29,340 bases of DNA from the NCBI GenBank assembly GCA_046732235.1, contig JBKPMQ010000323.1, positions 1 through 29,340 on the forward strand, in the 5' to 3' direction. Positions 19,356 through 27,521 of this stretch are shown piece by piece (the first letter of the stretch is position 1; the number at the start of each line of letters is the position of its first letter). Under the pieces are notes generated by a model, which saw nothing but the letters and a program-made list of their open reading frames with translations, searched no databases and was not told the DNA's origin. A program made the translations under genes and the position numbers. The DNA comes from Actinomycetota bacterium. GTDB lineage: Bacteria; Actinomycetota; Thermoleophilia; Gaiellales; JAICJC01.

Positions 19356-19705
19356 CGGAGCAACTCAGCGATCGCGTTCCCGTCGAGCCTTGCCTTTGAC
19401 AGGAATCCGACCGCCGGACTCGCGGCGATCAGTTCCGTCAGCTCATCCTCGGAGTGGGTCGAGATCAAGATGATCTGCGTCCTACGCGCATGTGCAGCCA
19501 GTCGTCGAGTTAACTCAACGCCATCTTCGTTGCCAAGCTGCACATCGACGAGAGCCACATCCGGCTCTAACACGTCGGTGAGTCGCAACGCCTCCGCACC
19601 CGAGGAGGCGCGTCCTACGACGTCGAGCCCCTGCGCCGAGAGGAGCCGGGACGCCGAATCAAGAAATGCTTCGTTGTCATCAACGATCAAGCAGCGCAAG
19701 CCCAC
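19352..19705 (-). CDS. Stand-alone receiver domain protein
   Basis: CLIVDD, ALVDVQLG, LIST and FLSK receiver motifs; no output domain; start uncertain (19705 or 19738). Confidence 0.88.
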   Translation of the reverse strand: MGLRCLIVDDNEAFLDSASRLLSAQGLDVVGRASSGAEALRLTDVLEPDVALVDVQLGNEDGVELTRRLAAHARRTQIILISTHSEDELTELIAASPAVGFLSKARLDGNAIAELLR

Positions 19706-19771
19706 GGCCCTAGCGTGGCTGAGAACGGCGAGCGACACAATGAAGCTAGCCCTACCCCTTCGGTGGGGGTT

Positions 19772-19820
19772 GCGGCGTTTGTCCCGCCGATCACCCGTCG
19801 GCGAGACAAACGGTCGCCGC
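19772..19820 (-). terminator. Long imperfect hairpin after the esterase stop
   Basis: CGTTTGTC-c-CGCCGA-7 nt-TCGGCG-a-GACAAACG with an outer GCGG/CCGC pair, immediately downstream of stop 19824. Confidence 0.6.
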
Positions 19821-19823
19821 AGC

Positions 19824-20786
19824 TTACGACGCGAGAGCAGTGCGCAGGATCGAGATGGCCTGGGCCACTGCAGCGCGAGTGGCGTGCGTCTCGCTGAGCG
19901 GGTTCAGCATCATGAAATCGTGGGTGATGCCGTCGTAGCGGACGGTCGTCACGGCAACCCCGGCCGCCCGGAGGCGCGCTGCGTAGGCCTCGCCTTCGTC
20001 GCGCAGAACGTCAGCCTCGTCGACGATCACGAATGCCGGCGGCAGATCGGCGAGCTGGTCGTCGCTTGCGCGCAGCGGTGAGGCATAGGGCTCAGAGCGC
20101 CGCTGGACGTCCGGCAGGTAGGCATCCCAGAACCACGCCATCCCTTTCGCGAACAGGAAGTAGCCCTCGGCGAATTGCTCGTACGAGCCGGTGTCCATGG
20201 CGGCGTCGGTCACGGGGTACCACATTGACTGCTGCACGAAGCGGACGTCACCGCGGTCGTGCGCCATCAGCGCCAGAGCCGCCGTCATATTGCCGCCGAC
20301 GGACTCGCCGGCGACAGCCATCCGCTCGGGGTCGAGTCCGTTCGACGCGCCCTCGCGCATGATCCACTGTGCCGTGGCATAGCCCTGCTCGATCGCGACG
20401 GGGTAGTGGGCCTCTGGTGACCGGTCGTACTCAACGAAGACGACCGCGGCGCCCGTCCCGACGGCGAGTTCACGGACGAGCCGGTCGTGCGTGCCCGCGT
20501 TTCCGAGTACCCAGCCGCCGCCGTGCATGTACAGGATCACCGGCAGCGTCCCGTCCGCGTCTGGCGGTCGGACGATGCGGACGCGGACGTCCCCGACTTC
20601 CGCCGGGACGGTAGTCCAGCGATCGTCGACCCGCAGCTTTTTGATCGGCTTGGCCTGGACATCATCGAGCACCTTGCGGGCCTCGTCCGGGCTGAGCTCG
20701 AAGATGAACGGCGGCGTCGACGTGGCGTCGACGAATTCCTGAGAGGCCTGCTCGAGTACAACCCCGGTTCCGGTCGTGATAGCCAT
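19824..20786 (-). CDS. HSL-family esterase/lipase (Abhydrolase_3)
   Basis: HGGGW oxyanion hole, GESVG nucleophile, EADVLRDEG, THDF; SD upstream. Confidence 0.93.
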   Translation of the reverse strand: MAITTGTGVVLEQASQEFVDATSTPPFIFELSPDEARKVLDDVQAKPIKKLRVDDRWTTVPAEVGDVRVRIVRPPDADGTLPVILYMHGGGWVLGNAGTHDRLVRELAVGTGAAVVFVEYDRSPEAHYPVAIEQGYATAQWIMREGASNGLDPERMAVAGESVGGNMTAALALMAHDRGDVRFVQQSMWYPVTDAAMDTGSYEQFAEGYFLFAKGMAWFWDAYLPDVQRRSEPYASPLRASDDQLADLPPAFVIVDEADVLRDEGEAYAARLRAAGVAVTTVRYDGITHDFMMLNPLSETHATRAAVAQAISILRTALAS

Positions 20787-20817
20787 GTTTTAACTCCTAT
20801 CTGGTGGTATCGGTCGG

Positions 20818-21534
20818 TCAGGCTGCTGCAGGTAGTGCCGCAGCTTCCCGGGTGAGCTCGGTTGTGTCATAGGAGCGCGAAACAAGAGCCGCGTGAAATA
20901 CGCCCGGGATGTGAAACCGCACGACGTGCGCCGGCACGCTCGGCCATGAAACGCTGCACTTCGGAGGGATGATGCGGTCCGCTTCGCCGATCACGAACCA
21001 GGATGGCAGGTCGCGCCACAAGGGCTCGTGCCCAGACACGGAGACGAGCGCTTCCTGCGTTGCCGGCCGCTGTGTGGCAGCCATTCGCGCTGCGTGTGGC
21101 TCGGGTAGATCTGCGCAGAACAGGGCGTGGAAGCTGTCCCGCGTGACGTACAGGTCGGTTGTCCCGTCCCCGCGCGGGACCCCATGCAAGGTATCCTCGC
21201 CGAGCCCGCTCCCGGGGGAGCGCCCCGCCAGGGAGAAGCAGCTCTCACCGGGGTCGGGTGCGAAGCCGTTCACATAGACGAGTCCTGTGATCTCGCCTGC
21301 GTCGATCGGTACGTTTGAGATAACGGCTCTGCCGTAGGAATGGCCGACAAGCAGGACCGGCCCGTCGATGCTGCGAATCAAATCAGAGACGCTGGTTGCA
21401 TCCGTGCCGAGATCCCGGAGTGGGTTGGCGGCGGCCACCACTGGATGGCCTGCCTCCATGAGCGAGTCGATGACCGAGTTCCAGCTCGCCGACTCTGCGA
21501 CTGCGCCGTGGACGAGAACAATGGTCGGTTTCAT
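20818..21534 (-). CDS. Alpha/beta hydrolase with a compensated internal frameshift (possibly decaying)
   Basis: KPTIVLVHG, NPLR, GHSYG, QRP, DRIIP. An alternative frame at 20911-20964 gives EVQRFMAERAGARRAV. Confidence 0.8.
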   Translation of the reverse strand: MKPTIVLVHGAVAESASWNSVIDSLMEAGHPVVAAANPLRDLGTDATSVSDLIRSIDGPVLLVGHSYGRAVISNVPIDAGEITGLVYVNGFAPDPGESCFSLAGRSPGSGLGEDTLHGVPRGDGTTDLYVTRDSFHALFCADLPEPHAARMAATQRPATQEALVSVSGHEPLWRDLPSWFVIGEADRIIPPKCSVSWPSVPAHVVRFHIPGVFHAALVSRSYDTTELTREAAALPAAA

Positions 21535-21562
21535 GAGCACCTTCTGAAGGTTCGTAATCCGG

Positions 21563-22315
21563 CTATCCGGCAAGGGACTGACTAAGCCATTCCTCAAAGC
21601 GGGTCGGGGCGACGCGTGCGCCAGCTCCCGGGGTCAGGGAATGCTCCTCGAGCTCTGCGCCGAAGTAGCGCGCACGCTTGTCGGCCTCGACGAGGCGCTC
21701 GTCCTTGTTGGCTCGCAGAACGCGACGAGCGAGCTCGTCGAGCCGGAACTCTTCGGGTCCTCCGAGCTCGATTATGCCGTTCACCGGTTCGTGCATTGCG
21801 ACGTCGCACAGCGTGGCTGCGACGTCGTCGGCGGATTCCGGCTGGACAAACACAGGCGCCAGATGAATCACATCGCCCGTGCTGCTCGAACCGGCGAGCC
21901 GGGCGATGAACTCGAAGAACTGCGATGCGCGAACGATCGTGTACGGCAGCTTCCCCGCCTCCACCGCTTCCTCCTGGGCGACCTTTGCACGGAGATAACC
22001 ACTCTCAGGGAGCCGGTCGGCGCCGACCACCGACAAGACGACGTGATGTCTCACGCCGGCGGACACTTCGGCGCTCAGAAGGTTGCTCGTGGACGCCTGA
22101 AAGAAATCGAGCACTGCTGCGTCGTCCATGACGGGCGCGTTCGACACGTCAACGACGACCCGCGCACCTTCGAGCACATCATTCAACCCTTCGCCGGTGA
22201 TCGTGTTCACTCCCGTGTCCGGGGACGCAGCGCGTGGCTCATGTCCAGCAGCACGCAGCTTGTCGACGACCTTGGACCCGATAAGGCCGGTTCCGCCGAT
22301 CACAACGATCCTCAT
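21563..22315 (-). CDS. NmrA-like/SDR NAD(P)-binding protein
   Basis: MRIVVIGGTGLIG Rossmann motif, HHVVLSVVGADR, GYLRAKVAQE, YTIVRASQFFEF; SD GAAGGAG. Confidence 0.92.
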   Translation of the reverse strand: MRIVVIGGTGLIGSKVVDKLRAAGHEPRAASPDTGVNTITGEGLNDVLEGARVVVDVSNAPVMDDAAVLDFFQASTSNLLSAEVSAGVRHHVVLSVVGADRLPESGYLRAKVAQEEAVEAGKLPYTIVRASQFFEFIARLAGSSSTGDVIHLAPVFVQPESADDVAATLCDVAMHEPVNGIIELGGPEEFRLDELARRVLRANKDERLVEADKRARYFGAELEEHSLTPGAGARVAPTRFEEWLSQSLAG

Positions 22316-22398
22316 CGCCTCTCCTTCCGATGGCCCGATCCGACTCCATCCTCGGAGCCGGCCGCTGGTCCCAGCGATGATCACGCGCCCTAGACGTC

Positions 22399-22434
22399 GT
22401 CGAATCCGCCGACAGGCCAGCCGAGTCGCCAGTC
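22399..22434 (-). promoter_or_regulatory. Conserved upstream motif, copy 4
   Basis: GACTGG CGACTC GGCTGGC CTGT CGGCGGAT TCGAC; 83 nt before ATG 22315, heading the NmrA-hydrolase-esterase run. Confidence 0.8.
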
Positions 22435-22568
22435 GCATCCCAAAGGGAGCCGACCGAGCGCCGGGGAATCCGGTGCACTGCTGACACAGAAGCCGAAGAG
22501 GAGCGACCTCCCCGCAAAACCATGGGAACTGACCGCCGGAAACGCTCGGTGAAGCTAGCCGTAGTGCC

Positions 22569-22603
22569 GACTCGCCCGCCTGCAGGCCATCGGGTCGCCA
22601 GTT
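22569..22603 (-). promoter_or_regulatory. Degenerate motif copy upstream of copy 4
   Basis: AACTGG CGACCC GATGGC CTGC AGGCGGGC GAGTC; first two-thirds resembles copy 4 with a 1-nt deletion. Confidence 0.4.
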
Positions 22604-22810
22604 GGCCGCACAGACACGCTCGCACTTCGGTGCAATCGTGACCTACGAACACGGAGGACGCTCGATGGCACGCGGCACGGCGACGCATTAACCGCGTCGA
22701 GAGGTCGCACACGGAACCGATGACCTTCGGGTCCGAGTTCGTGACCGGGTCAGCCATCGGCGGCTCATCCGGATTCCGATCGTCCAAAACCAAGCGGCGG
22801 GAGGCTGACC

Positions 22811-23965
22811 ATGAGCATCATGCGAGCGAGCCACGAAGCATCGACGGAGCTCCGCCTCGACTACGAGGACATCGTCTCCGGGCAGTTGGTCATCGTCATC
22901 CACGGGGTCCCGACTGACGACCGTGCGAAGGCGTCGAAAGGCAACGCTGGTTCTAGGTCGACACCGTCTCCGCTCGTTGATGAGGCGGAGGCGATTATCC
23001 AAGCGACTGGGCACGCACCCGCCCTGTTTACTCCGTTGCTGCTCGCCGCTTGGAGAGGCCAAGAGGCTTTGGCACTGGAACTGGCTGCCGCGACGATCGA
23101 AGAGGCGAGCGCCGAGCACACGGGATGGACAATTGCTCTAACCGAATACGCGAAGGCAGTGCTGTACAACGGCCTCGGCCACTACCACGATGCGGTCGTC
23201 GCCGCGCGGCGCGCATGTGCGTACGAAGACGTCGGGCTCTGCAGTTGGGCGCGCCTCGAACTGATCGAGGCCGGCGCGCGAGATGACGCGCGCGCCGCCG
23301 CGGCCGGCGCGGTGCGCTCCCTCGGAGAACGAACACGCGAAGGCAGCGACTGGGTGCTCGGCGCTTGGTGTCGGTCGGCAGCGCTTCTGAGCAATACGGA
23401 TGCGGCCGAGACACTGTTCCGTGAGGCGATCGAGCGATTCGACCGAGGCGGAGTCGCGGTTCATCTGCCCAGAGCGCAGCTCGTATATGGCGAGTGGCTT
23501 CGCCGTCAGAACCGGCGTGTAGCAGCGCGTGAGCCGCTTCGAGCGGCCCACGATGCGCTCAGAGGTATCGGGGCCGACGCGTTTGCGGAGCGGGCGCGAC
23601 GGGAGCTCCTCGCCACAGGAGAGACGGCTCGCCGGCGCACCGACGACACTCGAGACGTTCTTACCCCCCAAGAGGCGCAAATCGCCAGGCTTGCGCGAAA
23701 TGGTCTGACGAACCCTGAGATCGGCGTACAACTTTTTATCAGTGCCCGGACTGTTCAGTACCACTTGCGCAAGGTCTTCCGGAAACTGGACATCCGCTCC
23801 CGGAACCAGCTCGGGCGAGTGGATCTAAGCCGTCTCAGTCCGGGCGAGCTCGGCTGTCCCACTAGCGAAGGGACTGGCGCGGCGGCGGATGCAAGGCACG
23901 TCTCGCCGGACGATTCTCGCACCAACAGCAACGAACCTGATCCGACCTTGGAGGACGGGTTGTGA
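22811..23965 (+). CDS. LuxR-family HTH regulator, homologous to the C-terminal part of large AAA-LuxR proteins
   Basis: AVLYNGLG, RAQLVYGEWLRR, AFAERARRELLATGE, LTPQEAQIARLARNGLTNPEIGVQLFISARTVQYHLRKVFRKL; SD GGGAGG; no Walker A. Confidence 0.9.
   Translation: MSIMRASHEASTELRLDYEDIVSGQLVIVIHGVPTDDRAKASKGNAGSRSTPSPLVDEAEAIIQATGHAPALFTPLLLAAWRGQEALALELAAATIEEASAEHTGWTIALTEYAKAVLYNGLGHYHDAVVAARRACAYEDVGLCSWARLELIEAGARDDARAAAAGAVRSLGERTREGSDWVLGAWCRSAALLSNTDAAETLFREAIERFDRGGVAVHLPRAQLVYGEWLRRQNRRVAAREPLRAAHDALRGIGADAFAERARRELLATGETARRRTDDTRDVLTPQEAQIARLARNGLTNPEIGVQLFISARTVQYHLRKVFRKLDIRSRNQLGRVDLSRLSPGELGCPTSEGTGAAADARHVSPDDSRTNSNEPDPTLEDGL
23860..23895 (+). promoter_or_regulatory. Conserved upstream motif, copy 5 (inside the LuxR 3' tail)
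   Basis: CACTAG CGAAGG GACTGGC GCGG CGGCGGAT GCAAG; 66 nt before GTG 23962. Confidence 0.7.
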
Positions 23966-24273
23966 TCAATCCCCCGACTTGGAGCACGCTCATGCTCGTC
24001 GGGACGGACATCTTCGTCTCGCTTCGGTGGCCGGGAAGAACCGCGCTCGTGCTGACCTCGCTCGTCTCCTTCGTCACGCTGGTCGCGCTCGCGTGGTGGA
24101 TCGGCTGGTCACGACGCAGGCGTAGTCCCGCCGTCTGCCGGCACTCGCGGCGCGTGAGCGCTGTGAGACGACGCGAAACGGAGAGTCTATTCCAAGGCTA
24201 TACGCGCACTCGACCACGGCCCATCCGGCGGACGGCATTCGATGGGAACCCGCGTTCTGGAAAGGAGAATCGC
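23962..24273 (+). CDS. Possible small membrane protein, in frame with the next CDS (no stop between them)
   Basis: SD GGAGG then GTG overlapping the LuxR stop; hydrophobic LVLTSLVSFVTLVALAWWIGW followed by RRRR. Confidence 0.4.
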
Positions 24274-24561
24274 ATGGGCACCGTCACGACTCACAACCGC
24301 ACAGGCGTGATCGCCAGCGAATTAGGCGATGGCATCCGCGAACTTTGCTCACGCTCCTGCAATGGAATTGACATCGCCCTTATTTGGCATCGATGCAACA
24401 ACACAGCGATGGTCGTCGTTGTAAACCACCGAAACGGCGAGAGGTTTCTCTTGGAGGTTGACGAGAGCGAAAACGCGCTCGATATGTACCACCATCCCTA
24501 CGCATACGCCGCATATCGACAAATTCCGCGGGAATCGCAAGCGCTTCCCCGGGAACTGTAG
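24274..24561 (+). CDS. Hypothetical protein, 95 aa
   Basis: Strong SD AAAGGAG. RELxxR..GIDIALIW...GERFLLEV...ALDMYHHPYAYAA resembles a small actinobacterial family I recall but cannot name. Confidence 0.75.
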   Translation: MGTVTTHNRTGVIASELGDGIRELCSRSCNGIDIALIWHRCNNTAMVVVVNHRNGERFLLEVDESENALDMYHHPYAYAAYRQIPRESQALPREL

Positions 24562-24793
24562 CCCCAACAGGTGGTTCAGTTTTCCCGCTGGCGCTAACCA
24601 CACGCGCCGGCTGTGAACGCTTGAGGGATGGTGTTGGCGTCTGTCCGTGAGTCACGACCGAGGGCCGTGGCGGCCGTAGAGCGTTGAACCGGGCGAGGGC
24701 TCAAGATCGGACGGTTGTCCGCCGACCAGGGGGATCCAGCCGTGGTTGGGAGTGGAGCTCAACGCCAATCGCATATCACCAGGCCGCCTGTCG

Positions 24794-24830
24794 GACCGGC
24801 GACTCCCGCTGGCGTCCCGGCGGATGCGAC
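24794..24830 (+). promoter_or_regulatory. Conserved upstream motif, copy 6
   Basis: GACCGG CGACTCC CGCTGGC GTCC CGGCGGAT GCGAC; 78 nt before ATG 24909. Confidence 0.8.
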
Positions 24831-24908
24831 AGCGATCCAGCCAACGCGATGCTGCTCCGGCTTCCAGCCCAGGTGCCACGCACATTTCCCGACAGACAGG
24901 AGGACGAG

Positions 24909-25811
24909 ATGAGCACCACCGTTCCACGAACGCCGATGGATCTTCACGCGACCGAAGAAAAATCCGGCATCGCGTCGATTTCCGAGCGGGAGACCCGGGA
25001 GATCGAGGGGGCTAATGCCTCCGGCTATACCCCGGTCGTCTTCATCCACGGCCTCTGGCTGCTTCCGAGCAGCTGGGCGAACTGGGCGCACTTTTTCAAG
25101 CGAGCCGGCTACGCGCCACTGATGCCTGACTGGCCCGACGACCCGGAAACGGTTGAAGACGCGCGGACGAACCCGGACATTCTCGCTAAGAAGACCGTCA
25201 AGCAGATCGCCGATCACACCACGCAGATCGTTCAAGCCTTGGACAAGAAGCCGGCGGTGATCGGGCATTCCACCGGGGGCTTGCTCGCGCAAATGCTCGC
25301 GGGCCGGGGGCTCTCGGCCGCCACGGTGGCGATCGATCCGGGAGTCTTCCGCGGCGTCCTGCCTCTGCCGGGCTCCGTGCTCAAGGGGATCGGTCTGTTG
25401 CTGGTCAATCCGCTCACACGCGGCCGCGCAATCACCCTCTCATTCGACCAGTTCAAGTACGGCTGGGCGAACGCGCTGGACGAAAAAGAGGCGAAGGAAC
25501 TCTACGACGCGTTCCACGTTGCGGGGTCCGGGATCTCTCTTGCGCAGATGGGTAACGCGAATCTGAACCCTTGGACGGAAGCGAAGGTAAACACGAAGAA
25601 TCCGAATCGCGGCCCCCTGCTGATCATCGACGGCGAAAAGGATCACACCGTGCCCTGGGCGATTGCGCACGCCGCCTACAAGCGGCAGCGGCGGAACCCT
25701 GGCGTGACGGAGATCGTAAAGATCCCAAACCGCGGGCATTCCCTGACGATCGACCACGGCTGGCGTGAAGTCGCCGACACGGCGCTAACTTTCGTCAAGA
25801 GGTTCACCTAG
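24909..25811 (+). CDS. Alpha/beta hydrolase (non-heme haloperoxidase/esterase-like)
   Basis: VVFIHGLWLLPSSW, GHSTGG, GEKDHTVP, RGHSLTIDHGW; SD AGGAGG. Confidence 0.92.
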   Translation: MSTTVPRTPMDLHATEEKSGIASISERETREIEGANASGYTPVVFIHGLWLLPSSWANWAHFFKRAGYAPLMPDWPDDPETVEDARTNPDILAKKTVKQIADHTTQIVQALDKKPAVIGHSTGGLLAQMLAGRGLSAATVAIDPGVFRGVLPLPGSVLKGIGLLLVNPLTRGRAITLSFDQFKYGWANALDEKEAKELYDAFHVAGSGISLAQMGNANLNPWTEAKVNTKNPNRGPLLIIDGEKDHTVPWAIAHAAYKRQRRNPGVTEIVKIPNRGHSLTIDHGWREVADTALTFVKRFT

Positions 25812-25841
25812 CCGGGCGGTTCACCTCCGGTACTTGCCGTT

Positions 25842-25873
25842 CGTCGTAGCGGCCGTGCGCGGCCGCTACGACG
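25842..25873 (+). terminator. Perfect 14-bp hairpin
   Basis: CGTCGTAGCGGCCG-tgcg-CGGCCGCTACGACG, 30 nt after stop 25811; no U tract. Confidence 0.65.
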
Positions 25874-26063
25874 GCGAATGCCGGTGTCCGTGGCCCGGCC
25901 GCAGCCGGAGCCGACCTTCCGGACATCTGGTATCGGCCGCTCCTACGACCCGTAGGGGCGAGGCGCATCTTGCATACGAAGCTCGCTTTCGTCGGCTGAG
26001 CCACGCCAGCCCCGAAAGGTGAAACAAAAGATCGGCGAACCCTTCTCGAGGACGGCTCGTAAG

Positions 26064-26393
26064 TCACCCGGTGCAGGCTGACGGCGAGGGCGCGCTTTCG
26101 GAAGCGCCCTTCCTCCAGGTGATGCAGGTCACGACAGACTGCTGCGCTCCGCGCCGACACAGCGACACCGGTTTGCCCTCAGGATCTGCGACTTCAAGCG
26201 ACGCACTCCCCCCGAGGCATGTCCCGGCATCCCGCGGCACCATTACGCCGGCAGCATGTAGCGCCGTTGTTCGACCCAAATCCTCGACATGGATATACAG
26301 CGCGAACCGCGCTGCGTCACCCCGCTTGATTCCAATGAACTCCTTGGCGCGTCGAACGGATAGGACGCCGGATGCTTCCTTACGCTTTGTCAC
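26064..26393 (-). pseudogene. VOC/glyoxalase-family remnant
   Basis: ALYIHVEDL and VADPEGKPVSL are in frame. DMPRGECVA (cf. VOC DMPWGER) appears only in another frame at about 26197-26226. Confidence 0.6.
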
Positions 26394-26415
26394 GAAGCGG
26401 GTCGCCGTTCAGCAT

Positions 26416-26452
26416 GACGCGTGATTCACGCTAGCGCATTGGCGGATGCGAG
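26416..26452 (+). promoter_or_regulatory. Conserved motif, copy 7 (no convincing downstream CDS)
   Basis: GACGCG TGATTCA CGCTAGC GCAT TGGCGGAT GCGAG. Confidence 0.65.
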
Positions 26453-26564
26453 TCCGTCCGCGGGCAGAGAATAGTTAGGCGATCAATGCGCGGCTTCGCC
26501 GAAATTCAAGGATAATGCAAAGCTTCACATCGGTCGACACGCCTATCGCGGTTGAAGCCTCCGC

Positions 26565-26927
26565 TCACCGAGCTGGCGAACCGTTGGATGTCTCGTCGCC
26601 GGTGCAGTGCGCACCCTGGCTTACAGTCGCCATTCGTCTCACACGTGCGCACCCATCATTGGTGTAACTCATAACCTCGTACCACGAGTAGAACTCTTCC
26701 CAGCGGAAGGCCGCCTCCCGATGCGCCGGCAGCCGCGACGCCCGCCTCGCATGCTCGGCGGACTCCCACAAACATACGGATGCTCTGGCGCCGACATCCG
26801 AGCCAGGAACGTAACAATAGAGGCCCCCAGAGGCTCGCGCCTCCTCGTACGCCGCCTCGTCGAGGCGGCGAAGCTCGTCCCCGTCCACGTCATCACGAAC
26901 TCGACAGCTGAAAACGACTACGTACAC
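26565..26927 (-). CDS. ABM-like dimeric alpha+beta barrel hypothetical protein
   Basis: YVVVFSCR...EEARASGGLYCY...CLWESAEHARRASRLPAH pattern; SD GGGGAG before GTG. Confidence 0.65.
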   Translation of the reverse strand: MYVVVFSCRVRDDVDGDELRRLDEAAYEEARASGGLYCYVPGSDVGARASVCLWESAEHARRASRLPAHREAAFRWEEFYSWYEVMSYTNDGCARVRRMATVSQGAHCTGDETSNGSPAR

Positions 26928-27019
26928 TTTCGCGCTTTCTCCCCGTCGAACCTATTCGAAAAGTTGAGGCCGGTGATATCGGCTGGGTTTCGTATAAAGG
27001 ATCACCCAGCTAAGCGGCA

Positions 27020-27056
27020 CTCGAATCCGCCGAACCGCCGGCCGAATGGCCCATTC
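27020..27056 (-). promoter_or_regulatory. Conserved upstream motif, copy 8
   Basis: GAATGG GCCATTC GGCCGGC GGTT CGGCGGAT TCGAG; 92 nt before GTG 26927. Confidence 0.7.
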
Positions 27057-27201
27057 GTGTGCGTCGCGACAGAGCGAGCGGGGGCTGAGCTGACGGAGCA
27101 GGCTGGGAGAGTCGCCGGTCGGTCGCCCTGCGCTCCATTTCGTATGCCTGATCCGTCGGCGACCGCCTCTCACTGCCGGTCGGCTACGTGGTGCCCGCCG
27201 C

Positions 27202-27237
27202 AACTGGCGATCGCGCTGGCGTTCCGGCTGACGCGAG
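27202..27237 (+). promoter_or_regulatory. Conserved upstream motif, copy 9
   Basis: AACTGG CGATCG CGCTGGC GTTC CGGCTGAC GCGAG; 84 nt before ATG 27322. Confidence 0.7.
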
Positions 27238-27321
27238 CGAAGCTGAGCTAGATAAAGCTCGCGACTCGAACCGCCGCGGTTGCCGCGGGCGGACGGTGAT
27301 TAGCGAAGGAGGTCCGTTGCG

Positions 27322-27498
27322 ATGATGACGAAGATCGAGGTGGTCCGGGTACTTCGGAATGCAGGGTTGCTGGAGCTCGCGGATGAGGCCGCGCGATCGC
27401 TACCTGACGAGCTCGACGTCGAACAGGTAGTGGAGTTTGGCGCTCGCCATGGCATAACGACCGACGACCTCGCCGACCGCATGGGAGGCAGTCCCTAG
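27322..27498 (+). CDS. 58-aa small protein (absent from the ORF track)
   Basis: SD GAAGGAGGT. MMTKIEVVRVLRNAGLLELADEAARSLPDELDVEQVVEFGARHGITTDDLADRMGGSP; resembles actinobacterial small proteins ending GGSP (recollection). Confidence 0.8.
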   Translation: MMTKIEVVRVLRNAGLLELADEAARSLPDELDVEQVVEFGARHGITTDDLADRMGGSP

Positions 27499-27521
27499 GG
27501 CGGTAGCGGTTCCATATCTGC

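Noticed and set aside
21641-22393. 250-aa ORF antisense to the NmrA gene, and other long shadow ORFs (405..2345, 6292..8481, 7615..9597, 7851..10346, 17684..18895)
   Set aside because: Stop-poor alternative frames typical of high-GC genes; no recognisable motifs, and they overlap well-supported genes.
27261-27275. T-loop-like GGTTCGAGTC on the minus strand
   Set aside because: No proper T stem or other tRNA arms.
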